A DNA stretch of 64,000 nt from Yuukianura sp. NJ FZ-2021 (lineage: Eukaryota). The notes beneath the pieces were generated by a model. The model saw only the letters and a list, made by a program, of their open reading frames with translations, was not told the origin of the DNA and ran no database searches. Location of the stretch: contig CM102287.1 of assembly GCA_046563655.1 (NCBI GenBank), positions 4,898,001-4,962,000 on the forward strand, given 5' to 3'. Positions 29,156-41,221 of the stretch are shown here, piece after piece. Both the position numbers and the translations under genes were made by a program. Each line of letters starts with the position of its first letter. Position 1 is the first letter of the stretch.

Positions 29156-30097
29156 CATAGAGTTACCAAGACGATTCCATTTTTTTTCTTTTAACTAGAG
29201 TGGACATAAGGCATTTTTTCAACAAAATTTTTGAAACATTTCCAAAGCGACAAAAAAACCGTTTTCATCTCAAGTTTAAGCCAGGTTCACACACACGATG
29301 AATTGCAGGTACCATTTTTTAAAATTTCGAAAATTATTCGCGAATTCACGAAAAAAGTTAAATCTGGAGCCTTGTTTTCCAGAAAAACTATCAACCCTAA
29401 TTTATGATCTGTGACTAGTAGTGGCGTGGATGTAGATAGTAACTATAATTGTAGATAGTATATTTAAAGTTTAAATTGGCTTTAGCTGTGGTTAACTACT
29501 TAAAACTATTTGGAATTAAGTGAGATTTTCTTTCACAACAGAGTTTAAATTCGCGAATCGGAAATACTCTGGATCTAACATTACTGACCTCTGAAAATTA
29601 CAGTTTTGTTACAAGTGTTACGAATAGTAGTTGGGTTTAGCTTAACGGTTTCCTGTCTGGCTATGTAATGAAACCTAATCTTACAGTATTGTCTAATAAC
29701 CAGGCGAAGCAAAGTAATCACGTGGGAAGACTCAAAATTGTGTTCATCCATGCTGATCATCCTCAATTCTCCTAAGATGTCCCCTTGCTGAAGAGTTTGG
29801 ACGGTGACAACGAGGCCTTTCTTTTCTGGGCATACTAGTGACTACTAGTGACAGATATGGGCGGATATTTTGTCCCAACACCCCTGCTTTTCGCAATTTT
29901 ATTCATAATTTTAGAAATTTTGAAGACTGAAAATCTAAATTTCATTTTTTGTGTGAACCTTGCTTAAACTTCGGATGAAAGCGGTTTTTTACCTCTTTTA
30001 ACCTCTTTTAATTTGTTTCAAAAATTTTGTTGAAAAAATGCCTTATGTCCACTCTAGTTAAAAGAAAAAAAAATCGAATCGTCATGGTAACTCTATG
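29156..30097 (-). mobile_element. Non-autonomous, internally deleted P-superfamily DNA transposon (942 bp)
   Basis: ~80 bp TIRs beginning CATAGAGTTACCA and ending TGGTAACTCTATG; exact 8-bp TSD GTTTTACT at 29148-29155 and 30098-30105; internal transposase remnant. Confidence 0.88.
29581..29766 (-). pseudogene. C-terminal remnant of a P/THAP9-type transposase
   Basis: HVITLLRLVIRQYCKIRFHYIAR...IRNTCNKTVIFRGQ* resembles the conserved C-terminus of THAP9-like transposases and lies between the TIRs. Confidence 0.7.
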
Positions 30098-31298
30098 GTT
30101 TTACTAGAGTTTCACGAATGACAAAGCGAAGGACCTTAAAAAACTTTAAAATTGGCTTACTACTTACTACTTACAATCGATGATGCAGTTGACCTGAACA
30201 ATTTAGTTGAGTGGAGTCCAAGATACGGACTTGTAGAATTTATTATTTTTATTTTTTGAGAGGGGTAACTCTTTTTTAAGCATGTTGAACGATTACTCGA
30301 TTCGGATTCGATTGCGTGTCTCTTGTTTCGTTCTGTCCTCTGTGTTTACACGAGAATTTTCGTCTATATTTCGGTAATGTGTTCACCAAAAGTCGGACTT
30401 GAATTTGATTAATGAAGCTTTTGATGCGAATACTGTATGTGGACTAAGGAATTGTTGAAGTGGGGATGGTCTGTATTGTATTTAATGCACCAAAAAGCAG
30501 TTGAATTCTCCAGAGCCCTTATGAGGCATCTTCTTTATCAAATTTGAAGTCAAGTCGAATGATGTTTTCTCATGGAGAAATTGAAGGAATTGACACATCG
30601 GAGGCGGTAATCTCTTACAAAGGTAACATATGAAATCAATTTAACAATTCTCTAGAATTTACAACTTTTCTCGACCCCAGTTTATTTCTGACTTCCCCAT
30701 GTTGAAGCACTGAAATTTTTTTATGACTCTCATCACTTATTTAGTCATTCATAGTTGATTTTCTAAATGAAATGCAAAAAATGTTAGTAAACGCACACGA
30801 GAATGTGGAAAATCACAATTTGGATGGCTCATGTGAGCAATTGAGCGCGTTTTTAAATTTTGTTAACGAAATTCTAAATGAGTTACTTACTTAAGAAATT
30901 ACTTACGAAATCTTGAATCTCACAAAAAAAAATTCTGAAATTCCCTTAAGTTTTACTAAAATTCTACGTCTATCCTGCCAAAATCGTTTTGACTTTTGAT
31001 AACTTCCCACGATTTTTGGCTTTTCAAGTGGATACGATTGATATTAATGATGCTATGTTAAAGATTCCAAAGAATGACTTAAAGAATTAGGAACCGAATG
31101 CGGAAACATTCTTTGGAAATACACTAAAGTGTTATTTGGACTGGTTTTCCAGTGAATGGAGTGTAGTTGCCATTGGCATAATTTGAACACTGAACAATCT
31201 TACTATGCAGCATTTAAAATCTACAGGCTTTACAGTCGGAATTGCAGCTTCCTTAGACTTTGAATTGCTCAAATCTAATTTGTGGTTTGTATTTTCAG

Positions 31299-32120
31299 GA
31301 ACTTCCGCCTGCTTTTGGGCGAGGTCGGGGTAGCGGAACGATGGGAATTGTCCGATCGGAACTCTCAGAACAATACTCGAGGCAGAACCAAAATTCCAAT
31401 CTTGGAGTTCTGCGAGAACTCAAAGAAGATGACTTTGAGAACGAAGTTGTCCAAGGGGGCATTCTCTTGCCAAATCCACTGGCACGACGTACCCGTCAAG
31501 CAGTTCGTCCGGCTGAAGATGACGACGACTGTGTCATAGTGCTGGACGAAGACAATCAACCTGCACAGCCTGTCAACAACCGCTCACGCCTGGCACAATT
31601 TGAGGAAGGGCAAAACCGTCCCGTCCGATCTAGCAGAGACTACTTCCCACAGTTTCCGAACGAATTTAGTGCAATCCGTCAACCTGTCAGTTTTGAGCCG
31701 AACTTGTCACGCCCACAGAATCAGAATCACATGCAACGCCGTCGATCTCCGTCTCCTCCAGAGTCTCTGTTTGCCAGGAACTTTTTAGCAAATGAAGTAC
31801 TAGAACAACGACAGTCAGGATTCCCCAATCAACAAAACTGGGAATTTCAGGGACACTTCAACCAGGAACGAGAGAGAGTAAACACATTACCCATGAGAAA
31901 AAATGTCCAAGTGGGCCCTGTCCATCCTTGGCAAGCTTCACAACGTCAATTTGGAAACGAATATGACAGACTGAGCGGTGGGCCGTCGCCGTGGAACAGC
32001 AACTTTAGTGAATCGGAAGACGTCGACGAGGAATGTGTCGAGCGGGTCTACCGGAACCCGATCCAACTTCCGGAAAACAAAAGGAAAGGGAATGGAAACG
32101 TCAATTTTACAAGGTTCTGA
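31299..32120 (+). CDS. Hypothetical low-complexity (Q/N/R/E-rich) protein, probable last coding exon
   Basis: ~273 codons open after the acceptor ttttcag at 31298; a possible upstream exon at 30514-30622 does not join in phase directly, so the model is incomplete. Confidence 0.6.
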   Translation, partial: ELPPAFGRGRGSGTMGIVRSELSEQYSRQNQNSNLGVLRELKEDDFENEVVQGGILLPNPLARRTRQAVRPAEDDDDCVIVLDEDNQPAQPVNNRSRLAQFEEGQNRPVRSSRDYFPQFPNEFSAIRQPVSFEPNLSRPQNQNHMQRRRSPSPPESLFARNFLANEVLEQRQSGFPNQQNWEFQGHFNQERERVNTLPMRKNVQVGPVHPWQASQRQFGNEYDRLSGGPSPWNSNFSESEDVDEECVERVYRNPIQLPENKRKGNGNVNFTRF

Positions 32121-32468
32121 TCTAGTAAGTGCCATTTTTACAGTTAAGCTATTACATGAGTAAGCTAGGTCCTTGTAACTTCGAACGAGCATGCGCAGTT
32201 TAGGGAAACAAATAATCGCAACTTTTTGTTTATATGAACTTTACTACTTAAATACACTGTTATCTCGAGTACAAACTTAAATCCTTTTTATGGTGCAAGT
32301 TTACTTTGGCGTAATATTCGCGTGGTAGGGTTAATCGCTATAAAAAGATTAGACAACCCACGTCGAAGCGAGTAACTGAATGGCACTTAGATGATTCACA
32401 GGTTGTTACAATTTGTTAAAGTTCGATGACTGATTTTGACGCAGCAAGTGAAAATACAATTTCATTTG

Positions 32469-34547
32469 CTACGTCTCAACTGTATAGTCGACTGTATCAT
32501 CTTCTAGCTGCTGATGCGGTACATCTCTTTTCAGCCAGGGCAGAATACAAAAGTATCTATAAAGAGATAGAGAATGACAGATTAGTGTGGAGTCATTAAT
32601 TTAAAAAAGTTAATGTTTTGTCTGTGTGATAATGTTGGTCTTACATAAACACGAACAAAGTCACAACGTTCAAGGTGATGGTGAGAATATAACAAGCTGC
32701 AGGGAATGTTTCTAAAGTTTCATCGTAAATGTAATTGTAGATTGGAGTGGCAATGAGTGGAACACTGGCTTCACCCGATGCCAACACTGAGTAGATCTTC
32801 CCCAGTTCGTCCTTGTGGACCATTTTGGAAATCATAGATCTGCATATGATTGTGATTAACCCGCAAAACATTTGACTGGTTGCACCTAGATAAAAACACC
32901 GCAGAGAATGAGTCAGTCAATGTACTTGGGATTAGTTGTTGCGCAATTGTATTTTGTAATGCTCCACATTTACCTAAGTACATAACCCAGCTAAGACCAG
33001 TGAATCCCGAGATGAGCCAAATTATAGAGCCCAACAGATAGCTAATAGAACTCAGGAGCCCGATTTTGGCATCTGACACTTTGAAAATTTTCATTCCCAA
33101 AACTGCCACTGTCGCAGAACCTAGTTTGACAGAAAAACCAATATTTAGAATCTAATTTTGATAGAAAGCATACAAATATGATATTTAGATTATTTACTTG
33201 CCAGCAATCCCAACCAATCCATCGTAAGTGACGTACGCGGAGTAAGCCGCACTGTCCCATTGGAACATGATGCGAGTGTACATCAAAGTAATAGTCATGC
33301 TACCATAAATTGTGAATACGCGAAGGAAAGTCGTCCCCATCAACAGTAGGATTAACCTAAAGGAAGAGAGGGAATCAATAGTCTTAAAAAGTTGTCGCCG
33401 CGTCTTTCATTATGCTTAAAAATTGTTATGCTTACATCCTTTGAGATGCTGCCCTGGGTCCGAAGGTAGTATGGAATGTATCTTTGAGTGCTTCTACGTT
33501 GAACATGTCCGAACAAATATTGGAGTTAGGATCGTCTGAGTCAGTTGTCACTGGTTTGTCGTTCTTAACGATAAACAGGGCGTAGAGCGTAGCTAGAGTG
33601 TAGACAATGATGCATACCAGGAACACAAGTTGAAATCCATTGTATTTCAATAACTGCAATAACCACGTAAAGTTACAGCAGAAACATGAAAATCACAGTA
33701 TTTTAGTAACAAGGATTTTTACCGCGGCACTGCCTAGCAATCCAAGCGGACTTCCTAAGAACCACGATCCCTCTCCGATGGCCATTCGGAAACTTCTGTC
33801 CGTCAAATCCGAATCAGCGGCGATGTACTTAAATGCAGACAGGATAAATGCAATCATACCACCGGTAAGAGCCACTGGAATGGACGCAAGAAGTAAAACT
33901 GTTGGATCGACAGTCTTCAGCAACGAAAAGATGTACAACATGACGGTGGACAGCGTAAATCCGACCAGAGGTAACACCATTGTGTACTTTGAACCGTGTT
34001 TGTCACTAAACGGCCCGAGGAACAGAGAAAATATCACAGGTAATCCAGCTTCGATTAAATTTCTTAACGTAGAATAGACAGTTGCAATTTCTTCCACATG
34101 CGCCTCTGGAAAAGTAAAAAAACAAGTAATAAATCATCCCAACCAAACCACAGACTAATTAAGTTGAATTGACTTTGAGTAGTTGTTACCCTCTGCGGCA
34201 TGATTCGTCAAGTTTGAACAGTCAATGCTTGGATTTCCACTGTATTCTTTTTCACAGATCCTTTGAATGTAGAAGTTCTGGACGTTCATTCCGATGGAGC
34301 TCCAGGCCACCATATGAAGGAAGAGCATTGGTTCCACCGAAATAAATCCGCAAATCCTCCTGCGAACATTTCTAAATTTACTAAAGTAACTTTCTCTACC
34401 TGAAGGCACTGATTGTTCAACTTCAATGGGCGTAGTAGAGCTTTCGCTTGACGCAGTAGCAGCGTTGGTTGCGGTTGCAGAGGTTTCATCGGATGAAGGC
34501 GAAAATCCAGAGTCCAGGATGTCGTTGTCAGCTATAGCTATCGCCAT
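32469..34547 (-). CDS. MFS transporter, SLC46 / proton-coupled folate transporter-like
   Basis: Exons 34547-34190, 34105-33723, 33653-33436, 33356-33198, 33120-32974, 32885-32645, 32556-32469. Motifs ISVEPMLFL, LFLGPFSDKHGSK, FKYIAADS..RSFRMAI, RSMISKMVHKDELGKIYS, YDETLETFPAA. Confidence 0.87.
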
Positions 34548-34787
34548 TTTCTAATTACCTAAACTGCAAACTAATCAATTAAGTCTAAATTTATAAAAAT
34601 TAAGGACAAAACCGGAAGCGGAGTGTTTTCGATAGGCGTTTAGTCAGTACATAGAACTGTTGTTGTCAGCTGATGGGAGATGACTAAACTCATGAAACAA
34701 CAGTCCACTGTGCTTTCTTCCGCCTCCCCTGCAAAAAGCTAGAGGATTCTGCTGCTTTTCAGTCAAGGATAGCTCGGCTATCATGCA

Positions 34788-36075
34788 GGAGCAAAAGGCT
34801 CCCCTCCTTTCCCCCTCTTGTTCGTCCTTTGATGTGCCACCGAATCGAGTGCCGGGAAAAAAAAATAAAAATTGAGAGTGGCAGGGAAACTTTTGGAGCC
34901 GTACGATCCCCTTGCAGTTCCGGACACTTTTCACAAGACTCCTCAACTTCACCATGCAAAATCTCTCAGAAAATTCCAAAATTTTAAAACTTTGAAAACT
35001 CATATCTCCAAAACGAAATGCGTTAGAGATATGATCTCTTCGCGAATAAACTCAGAAAAATGTGCAGAATTTTGCAGCGTGCAAATTTTGCAACTTTTGC
35101 GAAAACTCCAAAAACTTTGAAAATTCATATCTCGTGAATGGAATGCATTATAGAGCTAATCTCTTCGCGTCTAAATTCAGAGAGACATCAAGTATTTTTA
35201 GAAAATTTAAAACAGTCAAATCGGAGCACAAAGTTCTTCGACGATTTTTTTAAAAAATGCAAAGGCTATAGTCTTTGCATTTTTTCAAATTTGATCAAAA
35301 TTTTGATGGTGCGTTTTTTGGAAAATTTTTGCACCAAATTATGCGAAATGTTGGTCTGCAACGTAAACCGGACGAAAGGGCCACAGAAATTGCAACAAAG
35401 TTGAAATTTTTAGAAATTTCTAAAACCGGAAAACTGGTCCTGCTTGAGAAGCTCAAGCATTTTTTTTTATTAATTCCTTCCATCAGTACAGCATCAGTAC
35501 AGCATCAGCACAACATCAGACTGAAAAAGTTGAGCCAAGAAGTGGCCACTTTTGAATGGATTAATCCCTCAACTTTTTCCATCCATTCAAACTATCTCCA
35601 TACAAAATATTCCAAAATTCAAAAAAACTTTGCAAATCCATATTTTCCGAGCAGATCGCTTCCCAGCGCTATTATGTTTTTTGCAAAAATTCTGCACATT
35701 TCTCTGAATTTATTCCTGAATTTCTCAGGTGAATGCAATGCATTCACTTGAATTTTCAAAGGTTTGAAGTTTTTGCAAAAGTTGCAAAATTTTCACTTTG
35801 CAGAATTCTGCACATTTTTCTGAACTTATTCGCGAAGAGATTAGCTCTCTAACGCATTCCGTTTTGGAGATATGAAATTTTAAAGTTTTTAAATTTTTTA
35901 TTTTTCTGAGAGAGATTTTGCATGGTGAAGTTGAGGAGTCTTCTGAAAAGTGTCCGGAGCTGCAAGGGGATCATACGGCTCCAAAAGTTTCCCTGCCACT
36001 CTCTATTTTTATTTTTTTTCCCGGCACTCGCTTCGGCGGTACAACAAAGGACGAGGGGGAAGTCCTTTTTGCTCC
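34788..36075. mobile_element. Foldback/MITE-like element with ~340 bp imperfect inverted arms
   Basis: ~34788-35130 is the reverse complement of ~35750-36075 (e.g. gagagtggcagggaaacttttggagccgta vs tacggctccaaaagtttccctgccactctc); no coding capacity; TSD not resolved. Confidence 0.8.
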
Positions 36076-36594
36076 GTATATTCTCCTATCTCAAATCTCA
36101 CAAAATCCCGCTTGCACAAAGAATTCGAGACGCTGCAAATGCTTCAAATTAAGGCAAATCAAATTCAATTTCTTCATTGAATTTCCTATCACTATTTCGT
36201 AGCAGTACTTCCGGCATCTCCGTGTCTCAAATTGCAGAAGATGAATGCTATCCGTGCAAAAAGTGTGCATAAAATTTGCAACCGTTTCAAATCGATCTAA
36301 TCTATATAAAATGTTCCTAAATTCAAAAAAAGCTTTGCATATTCATATCTTAGGAACGGATGTGCTTCCGAAATATAATCTTTTCATTGCTTACATTGAA
36401 AAGAAACAGAATTTTTAAATTTAAAAAAATGTTAGAAAAGTTGAGTTATTTTTTTGCTATTGTTCAACGCCAATTAAAATTTAAAACTCTCTAGCCCTTG
36501 AATTTTCCACAAACTTGCCCCCTCCAAACCATAAAATTTTTTAACTGGCATGCAGGCATGCAGGTTATTTCTGAATTAAATTATATTTTTAGCT

Positions 36595-36836
36595 CGAAAC
36601 TGCAACGAAGTTGAGAAATTTCTAAAAATGGAAAAATGGTTCTGGTTTACAAATATTCACTTCCTTCCATCATCAGCCCATCATCAGTACTGCGTCCACC
36701 TTCAGTCATCCATGATTTCCTCTGACTGAAAAAGTTGAGTCAAGGAGTGGCCACTTTTGAATGGATTAATCCCTCAACTTTACATCCTTTCAAGCAAACT
36801 ATCTGCATACGAAATATTCCAAAATTCAAAAAAAAC
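36595..36836 (+). repeat. Diverged direct copy of the foldback element's internal segment (~35390-35630)
   Basis: Shared tccttccatca.., gactgaaaaagttgag, gtggccacttttgaatggattaatccctcaacttt and aaatattccaaaattcaaaaaaa. Confidence 0.75.
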
Positions 36837-37363
36837 CCTTCCTCGAACACTTTTAAATTCATCAATAATTGTCTTATTAACAAATAAATTTTTAATTTTA
36901 TTTTAGCTGCCTGTACTACACACAATGTCAATGTCAATTTAACTCAAAGTTTGGAATTGGATACAGTGTGAATGCTTCCAAAAAAGACTGCTGAATTTAA
37001 GTCTAGAATAAATAATTCATCTACTAATTAATATTAATTTACAGTATACACAAAAGAGTTCAAAAATAAAAGCGAAACAGATTTGTACAACATTTAGTGC
37101 TAGTATAAGTAGGAGGTCATTGTCATAATAATGGCAAACTGGCGAAGATGAACACATAATGTTAACATGATTTCCAAGTACACAGTGAACAAGAACGACA
37201 AGGGGAAAGTCTTGAAAACTTGTACATTGGAATGCAGACTTAAGAGATATAACAATGGAATTTTGCAAGAAATGTAGCAGTTCAAGAATGGAAAAAGTGA
37301 TTTAAGTATAAGTTTAGTATGAAGCATAATTAGTAAGTTTAAAGATTCTTCTGACGCTAAAAC

Positions 37364-40300
37364 CTACACTTCAGTTCCCTCTTCTCCCGGCATAAAAATG
37401 GTCGTTTGCTGTTCTTCAGATGGTTGCGATGAATCCATGTCCAATTTCTTTGGCTTTGGAGGTGGTTTCGGTGCAACTTTCTTGCCGCTCGGAGTTGATT
37501 TTCCATCTTGCATCGACGGATCTTCCAAGTTTTCCTGAGGAAGTCCAAAGTTGTTTGACGACTCGCCGGAACCCTCATTTTCTTGAATCGGATCAAAATT
37601 AAAGTAATTTGGAATCGGTGGGTGATATGGAATTGGCGTTGAGGTGGATCCGTTCAATCTCGCAGATCCGTTCATTCGTGATCTCGGCTGTGCCGGCAGA
37701 GTACTGGCGGAGTAGCTTTGTGGCGTCCCCGGGTAACTGTCCAACTTGGTAAGGTCTTGACGGGAACTTCCATCTGCAGTCCTTCTTATTCCCAAATTGT
37801 CGTACTTGGCATTCGGGTTTCCGAGGAGCATGGACGACGAGCCAGTGGGACTGATAGAGTGGGGGGTCAGGGGAGTAGCTGGACTCCAGCTTGGAACGCG
37901 TGGCCTTCTTGGGAGGGTGACGTAACCACGGCGATTTGGCGGAATAATGGCTTTTGGTGGCTCAGATCCACCAAAAGAAGCTATGCTTCCAGAAAATGGT
38001 GAATGTGGCCGGCCGTAAGGGGTCATGTATGGATGTGAATATAGCGACGGGTTTCTTGACGGGTCGTAGTAGAGGGCTGATGGATCCAGTTCTTGGGGAC
38101 GATAGTAGAGTGGCTGGTTGTGGTAAAGAAGTCGGGTTGTGTCGGGAACCGTCGCTCGCGACACAATGCTGCCGACTGGTGACGACCGTCCTTTGACTCC
38201 GACGGGAAGATCCAGCAAATCGGGGTAGTCCGGGTCTTCGCTCTTCTCTAGCCGACTTCCGGTAGGAGAGAGGAGAGGCTCGTTAATGTCTTTTTGGTGA
38301 CCATTGACGCTTGACTTTTGGTCCACAGAGTCCTCGCCCGAGGTAATTTCCTGCAGCGGTACTCCCTGGAACACACAAAACAAAAATTTATATCCAAAAA
38401 TTCAAAATTATAATTCACATTATTTGTGTTAATGGAAAACATCACCTTCAGAGACGGCTTAACGCAGTATACACGCAAAAGATTAGAAAGTTGCATGTGC
38501 ATTTAGGTTTAGAGTTAGTAGAGGAAGCATTTTAATTCATCCTTAAGTTATAATCGACGTAAGTTTAAAGTTAATATCGGAGAAGTGCTAAAGTTATCGA
38601 ACATTAAATTGGTGAAAATCAATGAGATCCCAACGGAGAGATTTAAAATAAGTTCTTTTAAGAAAAAGTTTGATTTGTGATGATTACATTGTGAATAAGA
38701 TTCAAAATTGATTGAGTGAATGACACGTATCGTAACGGAAAGTAGGTGACTGCTCTTGATGGTAGAGCACTTCCGCTGTTGTTTGCGTTTCTGAATTGAC
38801 CAAACACGGTGGCAAGTGGGTTAGAGGACCAAGACCAGCAGGAGAATGGACTTGACCTGCAGAGGTCAGGATCGAGTTGATGAGGTCATACGTTCCAGCT
38901 GGACTCAGAGGCACATAGTGATTCATTTCCTGCGACTGCTGCTGCTGATGCTGTTGGTACGATGATCGTCCACTGCTACTGCTTCTGGCCACATCACAAA
39001 GTTCCATGCTTCCATCATCTTCGGCCAGGCCTTCGTAGCCATTCAGTCTTCCAGGAAGCCTTCTAGTCCCTGCCAAAAAGCAGGGAGAAGTGGCAGTGCA
39101 ATGAAAGGTTCTAAATTCAGCGTCGTTCCTGGACAGTGTGTTGGGTGACGTTTGAATGTGAGCGGATATGTGATGGCGGCGGTGATTGTAATTTGAACTT
39201 TCTTTTAGCACGGTGCTTTCTCCAATGGATGTCAATAATGGTGGCTCTGGTTTGGCAGAATTTGGCGAAGAGTAAGTGGAAGACGAACCGTTGAGCTTCC
39301 CTTCCGTCTGAAAATTGGTCAATATTTCCCATATGTCCACAACCCCAATTCTCCAGAATTCAAAATCTTTTTTTTTTCAACGGCAACCAAGAAAAGCAAA
39401 TTATTTAAGAAAATAGCATCGCGCTGGAGGGGTTTTCAGCAAACTAAAACAAAAGTACCTACGCTATTAATCCTACGCTATTAATTGAACAAAACAGAAA
39501 ATAAACCTAAGTTTCTAGTTTCACAAATTCCAGTCGAGATCTCATTTACAAAATTCAAACACAAAGTACCTAAACCTATAGATTTCAACTGAAAAAAAAA
39601 AAAACAAGCTTTCTGCAGAAAAAAAACCGTGTTCTCGTATTTCATAATAAGAAAAAAAAGTCGTATTTTATAAACCTTGGTATGAAAATGCATTGCACTT
39701 TGTTAGTCGAGCAAACAAAGAAAAGAAGCAGTTTAGAACAAGCGGAAACTGAAAAGAAGGAAGATATGAAAGTGTTTGACAGCATTTTTACCTTCATGTC
39801 TGCTCGATGATCTTTACGTGGTTTTCTAGCACAAAGACAGAAGATGAGACCAAGAAGGACGAAGATCACAAGAAGACCACCTAGAGAACCAATCAGAATC
39901 CAGAGCCAAGATCCTCCCTCAAGTGTACTTCCTTCTGAACCCATCCCCATTCCGACTCCAGCTCCGGAAGGCACGTCTTCAAAGTTCAGCGTTATGTTTC
40001 TCTCCACACTTCCGCCTGCCAATCAACATCAAAATGTATCAAAATCATGTCAGCCATCTCCAATTCTCTTGACCTACATCTTTCATCCCTAAGATCCTGC
40101 TCGATTCGCGCAGGAATTACGGACTTATCCTACTGTAGCGGCTAACCTTTGTTTTCTCCAACACAAATGTATTCTCCAGCATCTCCAATATGTGTATTCG
40201 TCAGAGTTAGGTTGACCCATCTCTCCATATCGCCACTGACTTGAACGTAGTAGTTTTTCCCAGAAGCAGACGCTGTTATATTTGTCATGGTCACAGTGTC

Positions 40301-41221
40301 CTTAACCCAGCGAACTTCTGGTGGTGGATTCCCTTTGACCAGGCACTCGAGCGTAATTGTCTTGCCGACGTCACCCACAATGTAGGCATCCGTCGCCTGT
40401 CCACTGATTTGGAGGGCTACAATTTCAGGAGAACATGTAAAATGAGTCGTCTGAAGCTGACTCCATTCCATGTTAGGGTATGGTTGGGTACATTTTGTAG
40501 GTTGGACAGTTAGGAGATTGTTCATAAGGGCCCAGTCACGGAAACTTTTGAGGCGACAGTCACATTTCCAGGGATTGTCATGGAGGGCCAAGGATTTTAG
40601 TTTTTGCAAATGCGCAAAGGGGTCAATAGTAAGAGTCTGGAACTGATTTCCACTTAAATCCAGTTGTTCAAGGGCCGTAAGTTGGGCAAATGCTTTTGGT
40701 GGAATACTGCTCAAGTTGCAGTTCCGTAGGGTTAACTTTTGAAAGTACAGCAGCGGCGGAAATCCAACACCGAGGAGTTGCGTCAGAGGATTCCCTGAAA
40801 GTTGAAGTTCTCGGAGTCGTGCGTTTGTTTCAAATGATTCCATTGTCAGTTCCTGGATCCGATTATCTGAAAGATCAAGTTCAATGAGGATCTTCAGTTC
40901 AGCAAAAGCTTGGCGATCCACTCTCTCAATTCCACAGTGCGTCATATAAATTTTGTTCAAATTGATGAGTCCAGCATCTCGGAAGACAAATTGACGGAGA
41001 TTGGTAATTGAATTCCCTCGAAGGTCTAGCACTTGGACTTCATCGCTGAGTCCAACCGGAATGGAAGTGAAGCCACCTTCACGACACTCCGCCGCCTTCT
41101 TCCCACCCACCCACCGGCAAATACATCCGGTGGGGCAGGTTGTGGTCCAATCTGTAGAGGAACCACCGACGAATAGAAACAGGTACAAGGAACAGATTAG
41201 CCACCACATCTCCTCCCTCAT
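37364..41221 (-). CDS. kek5: Kekkon family LRR-Ig transmembrane protein, kek5-like
   Basis: Exons 41221-40147, 40015-39792, 39307-~38775 (donor uncertain), 38365-37364. Signal peptide, LRRNT CICRWVGGKKAAEC, LRRs, NPWKCDC, Ig domain, TM helix, intracellular YPDLL, YVTLPRRPR and YDNLG, C-terminal PDZ-binding GTEV. Confidence 0.88.

Noticed and set aside
33640..34077. 145 aa plus-strand ORF
   Set aside because: Antisense shadow of an SLC46 exon
34644..36202. Paired similar ORFs (MVKLRSL.., MHGEVEES..) on opposite strands
   Set aside because: By-products of the inverted repeat arms; no transposase motifs
39458..39485. 14-bp tandem duplication cctacgctattaat x2
   Set aside because: Real but most simply slippage or an excision footprint in an intron; no further structure
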